A stretch of DNA of 58,452 nucleotides, the filler included, from Basidiobolus ranarum (Eukaryota): the NCBI GenBank assembly GCA_040143965.1. It is 6 parts of 6 records of this genome, joined end to end, with 100 filler letters (N's around TTAATTAATTAA, not from the genome) between each part and the next. Parts side by side here need not be neighbours in the genome. Positions count along the whole stretch, not along the records: positions 19,555 to 29,218 come from JASJQH010000795.1; positions 29,319 to 38,979 come from JASJQH010000796.1; 4 more parts are not named here. One strand, given 5' to 3'. The position numbers and the translations under genes were made by a program. Under the pieces are notes generated by a model, which saw nothing but the letters and a program-made list of their open reading frames with translations, searched no databases and was not told where the DNA came from. Positions 24,449-36,122 of this stretch are shown one piece after another. Within the stretch, counting starts at the first letter, position 1; each line of letters starts with the position of its first letter.

Positions 24449-25991
24449 ATGGCCACCGAATCGCTTGGTTCTTTACTTGAACATTCCATTGATCTAGAAG
24501 GTAGGTATTCTTGCTTTGTCATTCCTCACATCAATACCACTAACGATTAATGTATAGAGATCGACATCAACACATATCGGAGTAAATCACAGTATCTCCC
24601 GCCAGGCGCTCGTTCAGTTTTCGGTATAACACAATACATGTTTATTATTATCCATCTCTTCTAACTTCACTATTACATAGGGGGTCAAGTAGTAGGGCAA
24701 TCCCTTGCAGCCGCCTCAAAAACTGTACCAAAAGGCTACCAAATTCATGTTTGTTTTGTTTCTCAAAAACTAATCTTGGATGAGATAACTGAAGCTAACT
24801 TGACGATAATTAGTCTCTGCATTCATACTTTCTTCTAGGTGGCCAAGGGTCCATACCCATCGTATATGAAGTGGAGCGTATCCGAGATGGTATACTTGTT
24901 CATTTTGATTCCCATAAAACCTCACCTACTTACCATTTACTCTATCATAGGAAAGAGCTATATTACACGTAGAGTTAGCGCAAGACAAAAGGGAAGGCGT
25001 ATTTTCACGTGTACGTGTAGTTACCAAGCCCCGGTAACTTCATTACTGGTTCACCAGGTAAATATTTCCAGTTCAAGTTATGCCTGTGCATTTCACATGA
25101 TTTGGAAAGGAACTAACGCTAATGAACGTAATTCTCAGTATTTGATGCCGACAGTGCCTGAACCCGAAAGTTTAAGCAGGTAAGATGGAAAATATGGACT
25201 TTTACATGAAACACTGCAGACTAAGTTATGAAACAGTTTAGAGGACTTATATAAACAATGGCTCGATAACCCAAACATATCTCGACAATATCGCCAATTC
25301 CTAGAGATTAAGCTTGAAATGGTGAGACTAGAGCACAATACTACTTTATTGATCTTTAGCTAATCAATAACCGAACTCAATAGCCTTTCAAAGTAGATGT
25401 CCGTCGATTTGATGCGATGCATCCGTTCGATGTATGGGATCCATCTAAACAAGAGCCAATTCAGGTAAAGCTCAACAAGAACCAATATTCGACCAATTTT
25501 ATTGAATTGAATTTCGATTCGTCAGAGAATGTGGATGCGAGCTGATGGTGAAGTATCTCCGGATTTAGCCGTTCATCAATCCATTGCCGCATACTGTTCT
25601 GATTACTTTGTACTCTTCACTGCATTGATGCCTCATGGTATCAACCCTTTTACTACTCCTCGTCTTACGATGATCGCTTCTTTGGATCATTCCATGTGGT
25701 TTCATGAACCATTTAGAGCCGACGAATGGTTGCTCTACGAACTGGAGGTAGGGTGTTGGTTTTGTATCTAAGATTGGACTACGGGCACTAATTTTTCCTG
25801 ATGTTTTGCTCTTTTGATAGAGTCCACGTTCCGTAGGTGGCAGAGGACTTGCATTTGGTAGAATATTTACTCGAGATGGAAGAATGGTGGTATCCTTTGC
25901 TCAAGAGGGCCTCATTCGTATGTCAGAGGATGCCCTAACGGCGTCAGATTCCGAAGAAAATCCAGCTAAAAGCTATAAACCTAGACTTTAG
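24449..25991 (+). CDS. TES1: Acyl-CoA thioesterase II (TesB/ACOT8 family), about 10 exons, probably peroxisomal
   Basis: SVFG|GQVVGQSL, SLHSYFL, YEVERIRDG|KSYITRRV, AYCSDY, ASLDHSMWFH, RADEWLLY and GRGLAFGRIF...AQEGLIR; C-terminal PRL is PTS1-like. Confidence 0.92.
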
Positions 25992-26808
25992 ATCCTACGT
26001 TATCCACACTCTATCTAAATTATATCACTTCAAGTAAAATATACTTTGACTTCCTCATTCTAATCAGTAGTTGTCAAAATAAGTTATTTAAGAAACACCT
26101 ATTCCGCATCATATAGTGTTCATGAGACATTGCTTTATCTCCTGATTATCTTTACCTATACGTAGAATTACGGTAGTCATGTTTCAGAAAGCGCTTATTT
26201 AGTAAATTACAACGTGTAAGGTATTGTCTATAAAATTGCATTATTAGAGTGATAGCTACGATAAGCCATACCTTATATGGCACAATGGAGAGTGGCCTCC
26301 AAAGCATAGATGCCATACTCGCTGGTGTAATTCACACTTTGATAACTACGCTTATTCACACGCCATACTACTTTGTTAGAATCGATAAATGCAGATTCTT
26401 TGGGCCTGATTCACACACAACATTGGACAACAGTGTAACATTCGGAGATTATTATTTACCTAGTCATGCCTGTCAGTTCCTGTTCGTTTAATACAGTAAG
26501 GGTAACTGTGCAGAAGGTTCATAATATGTTCATCAAAAGTAATGGGATGGAGTTCGAACTAGATTCCTTTGATAGACGTAGGGTGACTTAAATAAGGGAG
26601 GTAATTAATTGATTCAAGACATAAACAAGTAATCCAATCAATAAAAATTCTCTTGGTTTCATTTTCACATAATTGTGAACATTAACAATTGAAGGTAAAG
26701 GGACCTTTGATTTCGAATTCATGTATCAATGATTACTTCTACTCAACTATTTATAAAGACTCCATATCGTTTCAATCAATTACACAACTCTTTCTCTTTT
26801 TAAAAATC

Positions 26809-27009
26809 ATGAAATCAACTTTCTTCCTCTTTTCTTTAATCCTTCAAGTATACTCTCTTCCTACTACTGATGTGGGAATTGTTAAACGTGGTTCATACAG
26901 CGATTGTGTCGACAAATATGGTGCTGGAAGTTTCCGAAGCGGTTGTAATACTTGTGTGTGTTTAGCTAATGGTGGATATAAATGTACTCGAGTTGGTTGT
27001 GGCTATTAA
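26809..27009 (+). CDS. Secreted pacifastin-like (MEROPS I19) serine-protease inhibitor peptide, 66 aa
   Basis: Signal peptide, propeptide ending in KR, then C-x12-CNTCVC-x3-G-x3-CTRVGC, which matches the pacifastin light-chain consensus; TATA-like element at ~26752. Confidence 0.8.
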   Translation: MKSTFFLFSLILQVYSLPTTDVGIVKRGSYSDCVDKYGAGSFRSGCNTCVCLANGGYKCTRVGCGY

Positions 27010-27256
27010 GTTCAACATAGTTGGTTCTTCGTGTTTAGTAACCATTCCTTCGTACTTGATGTGCTGGTCAGTACCACTGTCTCCTTACCAAACTAATTGA
27101 TTCAAAACCCATTGCACTATCCACTGGTACCCTCTTATTTTAGCATTTGAATTTTGGGAATAATCCATACTGTTCACCCCCTTAATAAATCGTGTTCCTT
27201 ACGATATTTAACAAAATAACATATTAATATTTTATTTTGTGAAACTTTCCATCAAA

Positions 27257-27328
27257 AAGTGATGATCGCCTGGGTTTAGGCGTGGGTTCCCATCCGATGG
27301 GTGCAAGGTTCGAATCCTTGATCACTAA
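27257..27328 (+). pseudogene. tRNA-like sequence, probably a degenerate tRNA-Gly(CCC) or tRNA-derived SINE head
   Basis: Perfect T-arm CAAGG-TTCGAAT-CCTTG, acceptor AGTGAT/ATCACT, D-hairpin GCCT/AGGC, anticodon loop TT-CCC-AT (27289-27291). The A-box is non-canonical and the anticodon stem has a G:G mismatch. Confidence 0.5.
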
Positions 27329-28099
27329 CAAATCCAACACCAATGATTACATCAAAATAAGTCCCTAAATAGCTTTCGGGTTAGATGATGGTGACAAATA
27401 GACTACAACGGTATATGATGGTGCATTCTTTTTGGGTGAAGTTGCAAATTGCCATAGGTAAAATATGTGTAGTATTTTTTACTGGTTTACTATTTAAATC
27501 CCAACATTCTCTATCAGTCGATTGAAATAATTCGTTTTAGAATTCTCTAAGTGATTAAGGTATCGATAACTATTGGTGACAATCCAGTTTCCTCAGGTAT
27601 TATTAATGAATAAAAAATTTATCAATAGCGGCAAATATATTTGAGAACTCAATTTTTGGAAGTATCATAGCTTTGGTTTTGTAAAGAGATATAGCATTGT
27701 AGCAGGAAAGTAAAGAGGAAAATCATTTGGTGGACATCAATCAAAGTTAGGCAAAGTAGTCAAAATCTTGATTAATTCTCAATACATCTGTACTCAAAGA
27801 TATCCATTGAGAGCTCTGAACTTAAGATGCTATGAATAAAGCTTTCATCATCTTTTGAATGTGCAATAATGTCAAAAAGTACTTTTCTAAATGTACCATA
27901 TGAGTAAAATAAACTGTTTCCAAAACAGTAAATGACATTGTGCTGGATAGTGCCCAATCATGCCAATTTGTGCTGGCACACTTTCTAGCTGGCCTGATCT
28001 TGCTCAATAAAATGGAACAAGTCTATTATACTGTTGATGATATGGGAGTTTGAAATGTCAACTTTGCTGTTTGTGTTGCTGGAAAACTGTTGTATAAAA

Positions 28100-28800
28100 C
28101 TTCAACTGATGTACTTCAAATTCTTGGATACACAAAGAGCCTTGTTCCTACTAAAAAATATACATTGGAAGGATGTCAAGTGCCATTCTGTGTTGGGGAG
28201 CTATATCTTATGCAGAATGATATGTTGAATATAGTTATTGTGGAAGGAAATAGGGACCAAGATCTGTAAAAACTGGATGTTAGAGTGTGGAACTCTTAAC
28301 ATGAGCACTTAGCAGAACATAAGTTGCACAAATTATCATCATGGCATGAATGCTTTGTTTGCTTAAGGCCACAGAGCCTGGAAGCACTGCAAGAGATAAA
28401 TGGTCTTGGAACTTGAATTAGAAAACTCTTTGGCTAAAGAATATTGCTTAGGATGCTACAATTCAAAACAACATAGGAAACCCTTTCCCAAAGATGAAAC
28501 TACAGGTGCTAAGAAGTCATAAGAGGTCATTCATTTGTACATACAATGGAACCATGAGTTTCACCCCACATGCAGATGAAACATATTTAATCCAACATCC
28601 CAATGACTTGACAAGAATGAACTTTATATACTTCCCAAAGAATAACAGTCAAAGTCTTAAGTAATCTTGGAATAAACAGCTGCAGTGAGTAAAGCAGGCA
28701 ACAAAGTTGAGGCTTTTAGGGTAAATAATTGAGGAGAATACATATCACTGCAGTTTGGAAAAATTCCCTAGTGTTGTGGGATTAGGCCAGAACCCACTGA
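28100..28800 (+). mobile_element. Degenerate Ty1/Copia pol remnant (GAG-pre-integrase and integrase)
   Basis: Fragments in Copia order: SWHECF, CLGCYNSKQHRKPFPK (zinc-binding), VIH..., VEAFRVNN*GEYISLQF (R.DNGGEY-like); many stops and frameshifts. Confidence 0.75.
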
Positions 28801-29218
28801 AAGAGTCTGGGCTCTAAAGTAACAAAATCATGGGGAACAGGTTACTTCCCATGAATACAAATATACCACCTGGGAACAGGTCTGATCATGCCACCCAATC
28901 CAGCCTGCTAACACACAATCTGGTGCAATATGTCAGTAACCATGGATAGGTCCTGTATCACTCAGTTGGATAGTCTGTGGAACAATATTGCATTATCCCT
29001 TCACAATCATTTTACAGAATGTAAGCAATTTTCCATGACAATTAAAACTCTTACATAAATATCTTATGTAAACCAGTTTGAACTCTATTGTGCCAGCCCA
29101 CTACAAAAATAGTAACATGCTCTCCATCTACTCTAAAAGATCATTCCGCATTAATCCAGTACCTGCCAGAAAGCAGCTTGTCAATTAGTTTTGCTACTAC
29201 AAAAGCTATTGTCCAATC

Positions 29219-29318
29219 NNNNNNNNNNNNNNNNNNNNNNNNNNNNNNNNNNNNNNNNNNNNTTAATTAATTAANNNNNNNNNNNNNNNNNNNNNNNNNN
29301 NNNNNNNNNNNNNNNNNN
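29219..29318. other. Artificial contig linker
   Basis: N44-TTAATTAATTAA-N44. Confidence 0.98.
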
Positions 29319-29319
29319 T

Positions 29320-31941
29320 GTCTCTAATCTTGCTTGTGTTACAGATCTTGTCTTTGATTATTCTATACTGGGAAATAACGAGACCAACTTGCCACAATTG
29401 GCCTATATGATTGTAAATGGGCATCTATACGATGTCTCCGATTTCATCAAGTATTCTTCGGCAGTCAGGTCGTCCCTAAACCCAAAGGGTATTGATTCCG
29501 ATTCCTTGTTGTTTCCGCGTGATATAACGGAGTTTATATTCGAGCATGTAGGAGAGGATGCCACGAATTCCTTTAACCGATTAGAGAATGGAGATGTGTA
29601 TTTGCGATGCATGGACAAGCTTTTCTACAAAGGCTCCGTAAAGGAAGTGATCTCGCCTCGATGCTCTACGTTTAATCCTATTCTTTGGATTACTCTTGGG
29701 CTTCCTTTTATGTTCATCACAATGTATACGGTAGCTTCTTTACTACAATTCCCTTACAAGGGTAAGATTCTAGCATCATCGAACTGCATTGTGATGGTAC
29801 CCTGCTACTGTGAAGATCAACAAACTCTGAAGCAGAATTTTGACAGTGTGGCTAGGTCCGATTGCCACGACAGCAATAAATTATTAATGGTCATATGTGA
29901 TGGGATCTTCACCACACCTGGGAATACTATGTGCACCCACCAGGTTGTCTTGGATATATTAGGCTTTAGTGGCCCTGAACCAGAGCTGAAGGCCTACATC
30001 TCCCTAGGAGAAGGGAACAAAAACATCAACCTGGCCAAGGTTTACTCGGGCTTTTATGAATGTGGAGCACATCGCATAGGATACGTAGTAGTAGTCAAGT
30101 ATGGAAATCCAATGGAGACTCGGAATTCAGGGAACCGTGGAAAAAGAGATTCAGTCTTAGTTATGTGGAACTTCTTAGAGGGGCTTTTAGATGCTGACAA
30201 CAAGTTAACTCCATTGGAATATGAACTATATCACCATATCAATAATGTGATCGGAATGGATCCACGTTCATTTCAGTATGCGTTAGTGCTTGATGCTGAT
30301 ACATATGTTGCTGGAGATGCACTTCCACGGCTAGTCACTCGGATGGAAAATGACGAAAAGTTGATGGCAATCTCTGGTCACGCTAAACCATCCAACCCAA
30401 CTGACTCTTTCATTACCATGCTTCAAGTTTATCCATTTTTAATGAGCCACTATTTCAAGCCTGGTTTTGAATCCATGATTGGTGGAGTGACTTTTTTGCA
30501 TGGCCCGTGCACAATGTATAGAATCAAATATCCTGACAACAGACCCTGTGTAGTAGATACCACCACCATCATTGGATTTAGCACTCCCAGACCGAACACC
30601 ATGCATATGCAGAATACACTACTTTTAGGGGAAGACTCCTTCTTCTCCATCATTTTGCTCAAGACCTTCCCGCATCTACGGTTTGGTTTTGAGAGTTCAG
30701 CCATTTGCTACACTAAACTTAGTTCCAAGTTCTCGGTTTTCCTCGGACAACAAGGAAGAATCACCAGTGCAGCATTTCACAGCTACTTTGAACTAGCTAG
30801 GGTTTATGGGAAGACCTTTCTGGGGGTATTTTATCGCATCCTTACTGGAATGAAATTACTGAGTTGCATGTTGATGCCTATATTTCTATTCTATTTGTAT
30901 TATGCGGTCATTCGAAGTGTCGCCACTGACGAGACTGCATATTTAATCGTGAGCACCACATTGATCTGTATGCTTGGGTTTAATGTCATGATATTGGCAG
31001 CACGCGGGTTATTTGCATCGATTTTCTGGTTGATATTCTCTCTCATCTTCTCTCTTCCCTTTTACTGCTTTATCATTCCATTGTATTCTTTATGGTATAG
31101 TGATAACTGCACATGGGTTGATACCGTTCCAACCAACTCCAAATCTATTCGTCGCAAACACGGAATTCTGGATGATACCAATAGCCGATACAAAGTTAGC
31201 ATGCAAATCTCTTTATTGACTATCGCGGAGTATGATGAATTAGAGAATGACGATGAGTCTTTCACCTATTCCGCATCAGCAGGAGATTCTAGTATCGGTC
31301 CTGCAGATACTGTTCCAGGAATTCAGATTCAGTCACATCGACCAGAAGACATGAGTAATTTAGCGAAGCATGTAGATCAAAAAGCAGAAGAGATTCTTAT
31401 TAGTATACCTTTTGAGAAACAACCATCTCGAAACCATCTCAGCACTTCATCCAACAAGAATGATATTCCTCTATCATTGAGCTGTTCGCCAAAATCATCT
31501 GGTCGCCTCTCTCAAGTTACCTATAGCTCTCTGCAACAATCAGAATATAGCACTGATTATACTGGATCCTCTCGAACATTTTCATTGTATTCCCATCAAC
31601 TAGATGCGGTCACCAATGATACTGCATCTCAGTCCCAATCCAGACCAGATAGTGATCGAAGTTCGAACCGGGATCATTCCCATTTATTGAATGGAACGAC
31701 CAACGGCTCCAAGGATGCATTAGTGCAACGCTTATTACGTGAAGAGATTTATTACTTCTTGAAAGACTCCAATCTCAATACTATCACTAGAAGAGACGTC
31801 AAAGAGCATTTATTCGATCATTTTGGTGATGCAGTTACTATTTACAATGAATATATACATGACTGTATTGAGGAGTTTACCTTGGAGAGGTTGGCACTTT
31901 TACCCTCCGCTGGTACACCACAATCCCCCGTATCTCCCTAA
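29320..31941 (+). CDS. Class V/VII-type chitin synthase-like protein (cyt-b5-like, Chitin_synth_2, DEK_C), 5'-truncated, with degenerate catalytic motifs
   Basis: The frame is open to the contig edge. YDVSDF...GEDAT (b5-like), VPCYCE, ICDG, GNRGKRDS, LDADT, LLGED, TM helices and a DEK_C-like tail (LNTITRRDVKEHL). Confidence 0.9.
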   Translation, partial: VSNLACVTDLVFDYSILGNNETNLPQLAYMIVNGHLYDVSDFIKYSSAVRSSLNPKGIDSDSLLFPRDITEFIFEHVGEDATNSFNRLENGDVYLRCMDKLFYKGSVKEVISPRCSTFNPILWITLGLPFMFITMYTVASLLQFPYKGKILASSNCIVMVPCYCEDQQTLKQNFDSVARSDCHDSNKLLMVICDGIFTTPGNTMCTHQVVLDILGFSGPEPELKAYISLGEGNKNINLAKVYSGFYECGAHRIGYVVVVKYGNPMETRNSGNRGKRDSVLVMWNFLEGLLDADNKLTPLEYELYHHINNVIGMDPRSFQYALVLDADTYVAGDALPRLVTRMENDEKLMAISGHAKPSNPTDSFITMLQVYPFLMSHYFKPGFESMIGGVTFLHGPCTMYRIKYPDNRPCVVDTTTIIGFSTPRPNTMHMQNTLLLGEDSFFSIILLKTFPHLRFGFESSAICYTKLSSKFSVFLGQQGRITSAAFHSYFELARVYGKTFLGVFYRILTGMKLLSCMLMPIFLFYLYYAVIRSVATDETAYLIVSTTLICMLGFNVMILAARGLFASIFWLIFSLIFSLPFYCFIIPLYSLWYSDNCTWVDTVPTNSKSIRRKHGILDDTNSRYKVSMQISLLTIAEYDELENDDESFTYSASAGDSSIGPADTVPGIQIQSHRPEDMSNLAKHVDQKAEEILISIPFEKQPSRNHLSTSSNKNDIPLSLSCSPKSSGRLSQVTYSSLQQSEYSTDYTGSSRTFSLYSHQLDAVTNDTASQSQSRPDSDRSSNRDHSHLLNGTTNGSKDALVQRLLREEIYYFLKDSNLNTITRRDVKEHLFDHFGDAVTIYNEYIHDCIEEFTLERLALLPSAGTPQSPVSP

Positions 31942-32329
31942 GTTGTTTGAGTGTATATTTATCTATATATTTTACCACATCCCATTCCATCCCTTCCCTT
32001 CCCCCGCCCTGCCCTGTAAATAATCAGTAGATAGACCACTTATTTTGCATTCATGTTAATTCCCACGCCATAAGAATAAAATCTGGCTATTTGGGCTACA
32101 CCTGAATATGTTACACCAAAATATGCTGTTCCCATTTCTGTGAATAATTATAGGAAATGGTGACCTACAAGTAGTGCAATGGAGGTGGGAAGCATAAAGG
32201 TGTGGGTATTAGGGATTGTATTCACTAACAATACCATCATCCTATCAACAAGTTCTAGAAAGAAAATTCCATCTTTTTTTTTGATTAAAATAGACATATC
32301 TCTGACATTTCCACCTTATTCTTTTTATC

Positions 32330-33724
32330 ATGTCGAACACTACCCTCGCCTACGCTGAAGACTTTCTTCAATTTGTCAATAATAGTCCCAGTCCTTTTCA
32401 TGCCGTAGAGGAGAGTAAGAAAAGGTTAGAGAAAGCGGGCTTTATTGAGATTAAAGAACGGGATAGTTGGTCAGAGTTGATTCAACCCAATGGAAAGTAT
32501 TTTTTCACCAGAAATAAGTCCGCACTTATTGCTTTTGCTGTAGGTGGTAAGTTCGTACAAGGTAATGGAGTTTCTATCGTAGCTGCTCATACCGATAGTC
32601 CTTGTTTGAAGATAAAACCCATCTCAAAGAAAGAAAGCTCTGGTTATCTTCAAGTAGGTGTTCAAACTTATGGTGGTGGCTTATGGCATACTTGGTTTGA
32701 TAGAGACTTGAGTGTCGCTGGTAGAGTTATGGTAGAAAGCGAAGATGGTAACCACCATTCTAAACTTGTTAGAGTTGAAAAACCTATTCTTCGAGTACCC
32801 AATCTTGCCATTCATTTGGACCGTACAGTTGCCGATAAGTTTACTTTTAATAAGGAAATTCATCTTACCCCAGTACTCGCTACCTCAGCCAACGCTTTGA
32901 ACAAAAAAGTACAAGAAAAGCAAACCGGTGATTCGGTGGAGAAACATCATTCAGTATTGGTAGAGTTATTGGCTAACGAATTGGAAATCACTGGAGAAAA
33001 GATTCAAGACTTTGAATTATGTCTTTATGATACTCAACCTTCAGTCATTGGTGGAGCTTTGGATGAATTTATCTTCTCACCACGTCTTGATAATCTTATG
33101 ATGTCCCATTGCTCTATCAATGCACTTATCAACTCCTTAGAAGAAGAGCAATCCTTAAAAGAAGATGAGGGTGTTCGTATGGTAGCACTTTTCGATAACG
33201 AAGAGATTGGTTCTCAATCCGCTTATGGAGCTGATTCCCATTTATTGGAAGCTACTCTACGTAGAATACAATCCGGTAAAAATGCCACCGCTTTTGAAGA
33301 ATCTATTCATAAGAGTTTCTTGATCAGTGCTGATATGGCCCATGCTGTACATCCTAATTACTCCGAGAAACATGAAGAAAATCATCGACCTGCTATGCAC
33401 AAAGGACTAGTAATCAAAGTAAATGCTAACCAAAGATATGCTACTACCGCAGCTACTTCATTGGCTATCAAGGTATTGGCCAAGAAGCATGGAATCCCAT
33501 TACAAGAGTTCGTCGTACGTAATGATATGGGTTGTGGATCCACTGTTGGCCCTATCTTGAGTGCAAAGTTGGGAATGCGTACCATAGATGTTGGTGCACC
33601 TCAATTGAGTATGCATAGTATTCGTGAAATGTGTGGTACCGAAGATGTGAAGAGTTCCATTGAATTGTTTGTTGCATTCTTTCAAGAATATCAACACTTG
33701 GATGCTAAAATCTATGTAGATTAA
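32330..33724 (+). CDS. APE4: Aspartyl aminopeptidase (M18)
   Basis: SPSPFHAV, AAHTDSP, TWFDRDL, LAIHLDR, RLDNL, FDNEEIGS, SADMAHAVHPNY and QLSMHSIRE. Confidence 0.96.
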   Translation: MSNTTLAYAEDFLQFVNNSPSPFHAVEESKKRLEKAGFIEIKERDSWSELIQPNGKYFFTRNKSALIAFAVGGKFVQGNGVSIVAAHTDSPCLKIKPISKKESSGYLQVGVQTYGGGLWHTWFDRDLSVAGRVMVESEDGNHHSKLVRVEKPILRVPNLAIHLDRTVADKFTFNKEIHLTPVLATSANALNKKVQEKQTGDSVEKHHSVLVELLANELEITGEKIQDFELCLYDTQPSVIGGALDEFIFSPRLDNLMMSHCSINALINSLEEEQSLKEDEGVRMVALFDNEEIGSQSAYGADSHLLEATLRRIQSGKNATAFEESIHKSFLISADMAHAVHPNYSEKHEENHRPAMHKGLVIKVNANQRYATTAATSLAIKVLAKKHGIPLQEFVVRNDMGCGSTVGPILSAKLGMRTIDVGAPQLSMHSIREMCGTEDVKSSIELFVAFFQEYQHLDAKIYVD

Positions 33725-33729
33725 TGAAG

Positions 33730-33825
33730 AAATATTGAATTCCAAAACCATCTAAATCAAAGAAGAAATATTGAATTAACTTCGTTTATCTGAATGAATA
33801 AATATTGAATTCCAAAACCATCTAA
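33730..33825 (+). repeat. 26-bp direct repeat in the APE4 3' region
   Basis: AAATATTGAATTCCAAAACCATCTAA at 33730-33755 and 33800-33825, with a partial third copy between them. Confidence 0.8.
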
Positions 33826-33953
33826 TCCAGAGAAAATCATTCATTGAAAAAGAAAGAAAAAAAAAAGGATTCAACATTCAGATGAACTAATGAAATTATT
33901 ATATATTAGTTTATTTTTGGTCATTAGTTTTATCAAAGATAACTAAAGCGATA

Positions 33954-35727
33954 ATGGTAAAGAAACAATTTATTGACCGTAAAAACGCTCGTCATTTCGA
34001 AGTAGTCCATCGTTCTCAACGTGACCCACTCGCTGGAGATGGTGAAACCTCCACCCGAGTTTTAAGAGAAGTGGTAGATTTAAACGTAGCTAAGGTTAGA
34101 AACACTAAACTTTCCATGTTTCCCTAGTTTGAAAGTATTCATCCTTTGGTTATTGTAAAATAGAAAGAAAACAGGGAAGAAAGACGTCTTGTAACTCAAG
34201 AGATAACCGAAACTGAAGAAGAACGTGAACGGTAAGCAACTTTCCCTTTCATTTTTCCACTCACTTTTATTAACAAACCCTTTTTTTCTTTAGTCGAGTT
34301 GGACAAGCAGCTTTGTATGGAGTTTACTTTGACGATACCAAATACGATTACACTCAACATTTACGTACCATTGGAGAGAACCCAGACGCCGTTTTTGTAG
34401 CCGCACCTAATAAACAAGAAAAAGTCAAACACTCTGGTATCCAATTCTTAGACGATGATGTGGTAAGTCCTATTTGTCTGTACTCAATCCTAGACCATGT
34501 GAATAACTCTTCTCTCCGTCGTTCGTAGCAATCTATCTCATCCAGAAGAGAAAGGAAGGTTACTTTTGACTTACCACAGGATGTACTTCCTTCGGAATAT
34601 GAATTATCTACCGGTTTGATGAATCAATCTGCTTTGCCCGATGGTCTCCAAGGCCTACAACCAGATATGGACCCTGAATTAAGGGCGGTCTTGGAAGCTT
34701 TAGATGATGAAGATTGCGTTGAAGATGGCAGTATTGATGAAGATTTTATCAAAGCTTTGGATGAAGAAGGTGACTATGTAGAGGAGTACGATGACTACTA
34801 CTCAGATGAAGAAGAAGATAGCACCGGTTGGGCCAATGTTAGAAGGTAAAAACATTACCAGATACTCATCAGCCCTTCCATTCACTCAACTCATCAAATC
34901 CATCTAGATACAAAAAAGAAAGTTATGATTCCGATGAAGAAGATACTAGAACTATCGGAACCTCTTTCTCTATGTCATCCTCAGTCATGTTTAGAAATGA
35001 TAAACTCACTTTGTTAGATGAACAATTCGATAAAATTGAAAAAGAATATGAAGTGGATTCATCCGAAGACAGTGATAGTCATAACGATTCCGATTCTGAA
35101 AATCATAAACCAGAACGTGAAGATTTAGAAGATATTTTGGATGAATTCTTGGATAAATACGAATTAGTAGGTAAAAAGATGGTCCCTAAACTAGAAGGTG
35201 ATTCAGAAGAAAGATTGGAAACTATGAGAAAGGCATTCTTGGATGTTTCTTTGGAAGAAAAGATTCGTCATTCTTCTACTGTCTCGAAACCTGAAAAGGA
35301 TATCATGCCCTTGCCTTCTAGAGAAGAAAGAGAAAGAGAAATGTGGGATTGTGAATCGATCTTGAGTACTTATTCTAACTTGGAAAATCATCCTAATTTC
35401 ATTCGTGAGAAGCCAAATAATAAAATCCGCTTCGATAAAAAAGGTTTCCCCATCGTTGAGGAACCTGAGCATCTCCGAGAGAAGAAGCAATTAGAAGAGG
35501 AGCAGGAAGAGGAAGAAGAAGAGGAGAAAATCAACAAAGGAGTTCCCCGTTCTAAAAAAGAAACCCCAGAGGAAAAGAAGGCTAGAAAAGCCGCCATCAA
35601 AGAAGAAAGAAAGAGTCGTCGTTCAGAGAAAAAGATTAGCAAATCAGTTCACAAGGAACAAGAATCACTTAGACAAAGAGTTCTTAGTCAAAGAGCCAAA
35701 AGTTATTCTACTGTACATCTTGATTGA
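33954..35727 (+). CDS. LTV1: 40S ribosome biogenesis factor LTV1, multi-exon
   Basis: FIDRKNARHFEVVHRSQRDP, YGVYFDDTKYDYTQHL, SMSSSVMFRN, WDCESILSTYSNLENHP and ETPEEKKARKAAIKEER. Confidence 0.94.
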
Positions 35728-35936
35728 TTCCCTTTCATATAGAATTCCCTATAATGTATGCATGTATATTGCGATAAACTTCTTCTCATTTTAATTCTTT
35801 AATCCCTCCAATAAACCTTGTTAACTATATCCAAAGTGTTGCTTTTATTTCGTAGAAAAGAAAGAGAACAGTAGTTGAGAGGAGGTTCTTTGAGTATATG
35901 CTGAGGTGAGGTTGGGTGTTGGGCGAGTAGGTTTGC

Positions 35937-36122
35937 TTAATGATGTTCTTTAGAATCTTTACTCAACAAGTATTCCGCACCACAATAAACACCGAAAGCG
36001 ACAGTAGCGATGCCTAGTCCAGGGAACATATGACGAAGGTTACTAGCACGAGAGAAAAAGGAGTTATAACGCCAAGCTTCACGACGTGCCCAAGGATCGT
36101 TAGGGAGTGGTCCGTGTGCCAT
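35937..36122 (-). CDS. NDUFB3: Complex I accessory subunit B12 (NDUFB3/NB2M)
   Basis: DPWARREAWRY motif followed by FPGLGIATVAFGVY transmembrane helix. Confidence 0.9.
   Translation of the reverse strand: MAHGPLPNDPWARREAWRYNSFFSRASNLRHMFPGLGIATVAFGVYCGAEYLLSKDSKEHH

Noticed and set aside
1856-27328. Selenocysteine system (in-frame TGA plus tRNA with long D-stem)
   Set aside because: The tRNA-like sequence lacks a TCA anticodon and long variable arm, the TGA is in a disordered non-redox region, and the two lie on different contigs.
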